A stretch of 64,000 nt of DNA, taken from NCBI GenBank assembly GCA_963676455.1, contig OY781113.1, forward strand, positions 571,136 to 635,135, written 5' to 3'. The notes under the pieces are model-generated. The model made no database searches. It saw only the letters and a program-made list of their open reading frames with translations, and was not told the origin of the DNA. Below are positions 59,170 to 64,000 of the stretch, piece after piece. How positions within the stretch are numbered: position 1 is the first letter of the stretch; every line of letters begins with the position of its first letter. A program made the translations under genes and the position numbers. Source of the DNA: an uncultured Draconibacterium sp. Its GTDB lineage: Bacteria > Bacteroidota > Bacteroidia > Bacteroidales > Prolixibacteraceae.

Positions 59170-62100
59170 AAAAATTATTATTAACAACCATAGCCCTTTG
59201 CTTTATGATATGCGCTTGGGCTTATGATTTTGAAAGTGATGGTATTTATTATAATATCATCGATGCAGAAAATTTCAAAGTAGAAGTTACTAATTCGGGA
59301 ACCCCCTATACTTATTATAATTCACCGTTAGATATACCAGAGACGGTAACGGGTAGTGATTATATAACCACTTATACCGTAACGGCAATTGGAGATTATG
59401 CATTTTGTGAATCAATGTTTCTTAAATCAGTCACTATCCCCGGCTCTGTTACGACTATCGGAAAATATGCATTTTCAGATTGCAGTAATTTAAATTCAGT
59501 TACGATTGTAACCCCGGAATTTGATCCTTACGAACCTGAGCCTGATCGCAACTCTTTTACTATTGGAACAGCGGCTTTCAATAATTGTTCTTTATTATCA
59601 ATAGAGCTTCCGAATTCACTAACTTCAATCCAAGATTCGGTATTTGTAAGATGCAGCGGATTAAGTTCTATTACTATTCCTGCTTCTGTTAAGTCTATTG
59701 GCAGTGAAGCTTTTTCGGGCTGTTTAAACATAAGTTCAATTAGTTTTGAAGATTTCAGTTCGCTTGATTCGATTAAATTCGGTGCTTTCTCTTATTGTGG
59801 TAGTTCTTCCGCTTCAATTACAATTCCTGAGTCTGTTACATTTATTGATAACTATGCTTTTAATCGTTCCGGGTTTGCTGCTATTGATATACAAGCTTCA
59901 ATTACCATAATTAACAGTAGTGTTTTTTCTGATTGTGAATCATTGACAAGTATAACTATCCCGTCATCTGTTACATCTTTTGATGACTATGCTATTTCCA
60001 AATGTCCTAAATTAAACTCAATCTCAATTTCTGAAAACGTTGAATTTATTGCAAGTAGTGCTTTTATGGGTACAGGCGGAACATTTGAGGTAGATGTAAA
60101 TAATCTGAATTATTCAAGTAGCGAAAATGTATTATTTAACAAAGATAAAACGGTTTTGATACATTGTTCTGCTTCTAAGACTAACTACGCAGTTCCTGCA
60201 TCAGTAATAACGATCGGAGAATATGCTTTCTCAAACTGTGAAGTTTTATCATCAGTTACAATTCCGAATACCGTTACAACAATTGATAAAAATGCTTTTC
60301 AATATTGTATTACATTAACAACTATTAACATTCCGACTTCTGTTTCATCGATATCTCAATACACATTTTATAATAGTGGATTAACAAACATAACACTACC
60401 ATCCGGCATTGATTCAATAAACAATAATGCTTTTAATTCCTGCAAAAGTTTATCATCAGTTACAATTCCCGAATCGGTTACTTATATTGGCAGTTCTACT
60501 TTTTCATATTGTTCTGCATTAACAGGAATAACCATTCCCAATAAAATTACCACTATTCCCAATAACCTTTTTTATAATTGTAGCGAATTAACAACAATCA
60601 ATCTACCTGATATCGTTAACTCGATAGAAAGTTATGCTTTTTCAAAATGCTCGAAATTAACAACAATTGCTATTCCTGATTCGGTCAAATCAATCGAAAG
60701 TTCTGTTTTTGAGAACTGTTCTTCATTAACTGAAATAACAATTCCGGATGCTGTCGAATCTATTAAAAAATATGCTTTTTCCGGATGTAGTAAATTAGAT
60801 TCCGTTAATATTCCGGAGGCTATTGTGTCTATTGGTATGAGGGCATTTAAAAATTGTGCCGGATTAAATGCCATTTCCGTCAATAACAAAATACCCGACA
60901 ATGTAACCTTAGGAAGCAGTGTTTTCCAAAATGTAAATAAAAACACCTGTACGCTTTATGTTCCTTCAGGAACGAAAGAGGCCTATCAGGCAGCTAACCA
61001 GTGGAAGGATTTTACCAATATTGTGGCACCAATTATACCGCAGTCCTTAAACGTTATCTTAGTTGACTCGGCAGTCACAGCAGGCGGCGACGGCAGCTCC
61101 TGGGCAAAAGCATACAACTCGTTGCAGGATGCCCTGGATGCAGCCGAAAAAGGCGATACCATCTGGATTGCCAAAGGGACTTACTACCCGTCATCGGGTT
61201 ATGACCTTTGTGATGTTTCGGGCGATTCTACCCGCTATTACCATTTCGAGCTAAAAGACAGCGTGGCCATCTACGGCGGCTTTGCCGGAACAGAAACTTC
61301 GCCCGGTCAACGCATCGATTTCAGGGATGGCGGCGCCAACGAAACGATCCTGAGCGGCGACTTTAAAGGAGACGATTATATAGATACAACCGCCTATTAT
61401 AAAATCAAAAACAACGATGAAAACTGCTACCATGTGTTTTATCATTCCCCTGCCCTGGCTTTGGACAGTACCGCCCTACTCGACGGAGTAACCATTACAG
61501 GTGGAAATGCCAATGGAACGGGAGCCCATGCCAACGGCGGCGGAATGTATAACGAATCATGTTCGCCAACCCTTAACAATATAACATTCAGAAGAAATAA
61601 TGCTTTCACGCATGGAGGTGGGGTGTACAACGATTCATCATCACCAACTCTCAATAATGTAACATTCAGGAACAATACTGCTTTCAATTCTGGCGGTGCG
61701 ATGTCAGATATTGATGCTTCCCCAAGTCTGACAAATATATTATTTTGCAATAACCATGCTGATGCAGGTGGTGGAATTTACAATTTTAATTCATCCGCCA
61801 TCCTGACGAATGTAACTATTTGTGGCAACAAGGCTAATGGAAGTGGCAAGGGCGGCGGAGGCATACTCAATGATGGTTCTTCAGAAACATTAAAATTAAA
61901 GAACTGTATTGTATATGGAAATACCGCGAATACGAACAATGGAAATGATTTTTATCTGAGACAAGGTGGTAAAATTACACTCGAATATTGCTGTTATGGC
62001 AACGGCAGTAACGATATCGGCGGTGACGGTGATTTCACTACCGATGATTTTACCCCAGATGACAACTGTATTACTTCCGATCCGAAGTTTGTATTTGTTG

Positions 62101-64000
62101 AGGACGGTGATTGCCGCGTTTACGGCAACTCCCTCTGTGTGGATGCGGGCAACAATGCTTACACCCAGGCTATAAACGATATCCGGGGTTCTGGTTTTCC
62201 ACGCAAACTGGATCAATACAACCATACAACAGAAGGTACTATCGACATGGGAGCTTACGAGTACCAGGAAGGTACAGACCTGATGGAGCCGGGGGCAGTT
62301 ATCTATGTAAAAACGACCGAAGATGGTGGCAACGACAGCTATGATGGAGAAACATGGGCTTCTGCTTATGCCTCCCTGCAAAAAGCCCTCGAAAAAGCCC
62401 AAAGTGGCAAGCAGATATGGATAGCAAAAGGTACATACAAACCTTCCAGCGCATACAGCCTGACAGTTGACGGCAACCGTGATTTTCATTTCGAGATGAA
62501 AGAAGGCGTGGAAATTTACGGCGGCTTTGCAGGCACTGAAGACCCGGCAACCTTCGACCCGGCTGGCCGTGACTTTATCACTAACAAAACTATCCTTAGC
62601 GGTGACATTGGTATCGAAGGCAACAACAGCGACAATTGCTACCACGTATTTTTCCACCCTAACGGCACGGGGCTTACCAGTGCGACTGTACTCGATGGGG
62701 TAACCATTACCGAAGGCAACGCCAATACCAATGGAATAGCGCCTCACATGTATGGCGGTGGAATGTACAATGACCATTGTTCCCCAACCCTAAGGAATGT
62801 GGTTGTCAGCGGTAATTCGGCAGATAAAGGCGGCGGAATGTATAACTCGAATTCGGCTTCGCCAACCCTTATTAATGTACTCATTTGCGACAACTCGTCT
62901 GACTACGGTGGCGGGATATATAACAGTGGCAGCGAATCTTCGCCAACCCTTATTAATTTGACCATTAGCGGCAATTCTGCTGCTACTTATGGCGGTGGAA
63001 TGTATAATAACCAATCTGTTACAACCCTTAACAATTGTATTATTTGGGGCAACGAATCGGGTTCCTCCGGCACGGAAATTTATAATAATGATGGTTCTGT
63101 ATCCTTGAACTATTCTTGTTACGGTAGTGTTTATGGAACCGTTACCCCGGATGCCAACTGCACCGCCACCAACCCGATGTTGGCAGATATTACTAACGGT
63201 GATTACCGCCTTTACCGAAACTCGCCCTGCGTAGATGCCGGCAACAATAACTATAATTCGGAAATGACTGATATCCGCGGTACAGATTTCGGGCGTAAGC
63301 TACTAAAAACAAACCAGGAACAGGAAGGTACCATCGATATGGGAGTTTACGAGTACAAAAATGGAACCGACCCGTTAATCCTTTACGTGAAAACCGATGG
63401 CTCCGACAGCTCCGACGGATATACATGGAGCACGGCCTATACAACATTGCAAAAAGCCCTTGAAACGGCAAAGCCAGGTAACCAAATATGGATTGCTGCC
63501 GGAACCTACAAGCCGGGAACTACCCGTGAAAGTTATTTTTCGATGAAAGAAGGCGTAAAAATTTATGGAGGCTTTGCTGGCACCGAAACTTCACTGGGCG
63601 AGCGCACCGGTTATAGCATGGGCGGAACTAACGAGACGATACTGAGCGGCGATATCGGAACGCCAGGGAATAACAGTGATAATTGCTATCATGTGATATA
63701 TAATCCGGCAACTCCGGGGCTGACAGTTAGCTCTATACTTGATGGCTTTACCATTACCGGGGGAAATGCAGATGGAGACAGCCCGCATAATTATGGTGGC
63801 GGTATATATAATGATTCTTCTTCACCTTTTCTCCGGAATATTACAATTCGCGGGAATTCAGCATCAAAAAACGGCGGGGGAATAACAAACAATAGCTCTT
63901 CGCCTGTTTTGACGAATATTATAATCAGCAAAAACAATGCAACAGAACACGGTGGCGGTATTTATAATGATTCTTCTTCGCCTGTCTTAACAAATATTAC
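59166..64000 (+). CDS. Large secreted protein: BspA/LRR_5 repeats followed by at least three beta-helix (PMP-like / choice-of-anchor-Q) modules; 3'-truncated by the window edge
   Basis: Translated by hand from ATG 59166 (MKKLLLTTIALCFMICAWAYDFESDGIYY) with no stop to 64000. (T/S)IP.SV..IG..AF..C repeats to ~61020, then W..AY..LQ.AL / GGGMYN / TIDMG(A/V)YEY modules. Absent from the supplied ORF track. Confidence 0.9.
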   Translation, partial: MKKLLLTTIALCFMICAWAYDFESDGIYYNIIDAENFKVEVTNSGTPYTYYNSPLDIPETVTGSDYITTYTVTAIGDYAFCESMFLKSVTIPGSVTTIGKYAFSDCSNLNSVTIVTPEFDPYEPEPDRNSFTIGTAAFNNCSLLSIELPNSLTSIQDSVFVRCSGLSSITIPASVKSIGSEAFSGCLNISSISFEDFSSLDSIKFGAFSYCGSSSASITIPESVTFIDNYAFNRSGFAAIDIQASITIINSSVFSDCESLTSITIPSSVTSFDDYAISKCPKLNSISISENVEFIASSAFMGTGGTFEVDVNNLNYSSSENVLFNKDKTVLIHCSASKTNYAVPASVITIGEYAFSNCEVLSSVTIPNTVTTIDKNAFQYCITLTTINIPTSVSSISQYTFYNSGLTNITLPSGIDSINNNAFNSCKSLSSVTIPESVTYIGSSTFSYCSALTGITIPNKITTIPNNLFYNCSELTTINLPDIVNSIESYAFSKCSKLTTIAIPDSVKSIESSVFENCSSLTEITIPDAVESIKKYAFSGCSKLDSVNIPEAIVSIGMRAFKNCAGLNAISVNNKIPDNVTLGSSVFQNVNKNTCTLYVPSGTKEAYQAANQWKDFTNIVAPIIPQSLNVILVDSAVTAGGDGSSWAKAYNSLQDALDAAEKGDTIWIAKGTYYPSSGYDLCDVSGDSTRYYHFELKDSVAIYGGFAGTETSPGQRIDFRDGGANETILSGDFKGDDYIDTTAYYKIKNNDENCYHVFYHSPALALDSTALLDGVTITGGNANGTGAHANGGGMYNESCSPTLNNITFRRNNAFTHGGGVYNDSSSPTLNNVTFRNNTAFNSGGAMSDIDASPSLTNILFCNNHADAGGGIYNFNSSAILTNVTICGNKANGSGKGGGGILNDGSSETLKLKNCIVYGNTANTNNGNDFYLRQGGKITLEYCCYGNGSNDIGGDGDFTTDDFTPDDNCITSDPKFVFVEDGDCRVYGNSLCVDAGNNAYTQAINDIRGSGFPRKLDQYNHTTEGTIDMGAYEYQEGTDLMEPGAVIYVKTTEDGGNDSYDGETWASAYASLQKALEKAQSGKQIWIAKGTYKPSSAYSLTVDGNRDFHFEMKEGVEIYGGFAGTEDPATFDPAGRDFITNKTILSGDIGIEGNNSDNCYHVFFHPNGTGLTSATVLDGVTITEGNANTNGIAPHMYGGGMYNDHCSPTLRNVVVSGNSADKGGGMYNSNSASPTLINVLICDNSSDYGGGIYNSGSESSPTLINLTISGNSAATYGGGMYNNQSVTTLNNCIIWGNESGSSGTEIYNNDGSVSLNYSCYGSVYGTVTPDANCTATNPMLADITNGDYRLYRNSPCVDAGNNNYNSEMTDIRGTDFGRKLLKTNQEQEGTIDMGVYEYKNGTDPLILYVKTDGSDSSDGYTWSTAYTTLQKALETAKPGNQIWIAAGTYKPGTTRESYFSMKEGVKIYGGFAGTETSLGERTGYSMGGTNETILSGDIGTPGNNSDNCYHVIYNPATPGLTVSSILDGFTITGGNADGDSPHNYGGGIYNDSSSPFLRNITIRGNSASKNGGGITNNSSSPVLTNIIISKNNATEHGGGIYNDSSSPVLTNI

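Noticed and set aside
59087-61030. GTGGCACC at both sides of the LRR block as an insertion-site duplication
   Set aside because: Only 8 bp; the first copy is explained by the conserved G-G-T-E codons, and the positions do not give a clean in-frame excision.
58861-61290. Homologous pair 58861-59085 / 61066-61290 as DGR template and variable repeat
   Set aside because: Differences involve all four bases and are mostly synonymous, which fits ordinary paralogue divergence.
61251-63788. Minus-strand ORFs (e.g. 61896-62777) and short plus-strand ORFs in 59.5-64 kb
   Set aside because: Shadows of the long plus-strand ORF 59166->64000; they have no recognisable motifs.

Overview
Bacteroidota genomic window. 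The gene content (SusC/SusD, T9SS C-terminal domains, TTTG/TAnnTTTG promoter) suggests a Prolixibacteraceae/Marinilabiliales-like host; that assignment is an inference. 1-6.3 kb is a host-like carbohydrate/phosphodiester operon. From about 6.4 kb onward the window is accessory DNA. (i) A stand-alone PD-(D/E)xK nuclease, a DUF1287 protein and an AlkD-like gene. (ii) A 24.9-kb segment (10309-35204) bracketed by two inverted, near-identical IS5 copies. It carries an ECF sigma-FecR-SusC-SusD locus with no recognisable CAZymes, but five TlpA thioredoxins, DsbD, a free DsbD N-domain, an M16 peptidase and a YhaM-type cysteine desulfidase. Its susC is cleanly split by a 1725-bp IS110 element whose left non-coding end carries short matches to its own target and donor junctions (bridge-RNA-like). 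(iii) A decayed segment with a frameshifted gene, a truncated membrane-trypsin gene and a triply inactivated serine recombinase. (iv) Two regulator + T9SS-cargo modules: 7TM-DISM-LuxR, a small T9SS protein, a 2751-aa CUB/PKD/B-repeat adhesin and an S74-chaperone fibre protein; then an IS200, a RR/HK pair, and a >1600-aa BspA-LRR/beta-helix ORF that runs off the window and is missing from the ORF track. No rRNA, intact tRNA or CRISPR array was seen. All family assignments come from motif recognition, not database searches.
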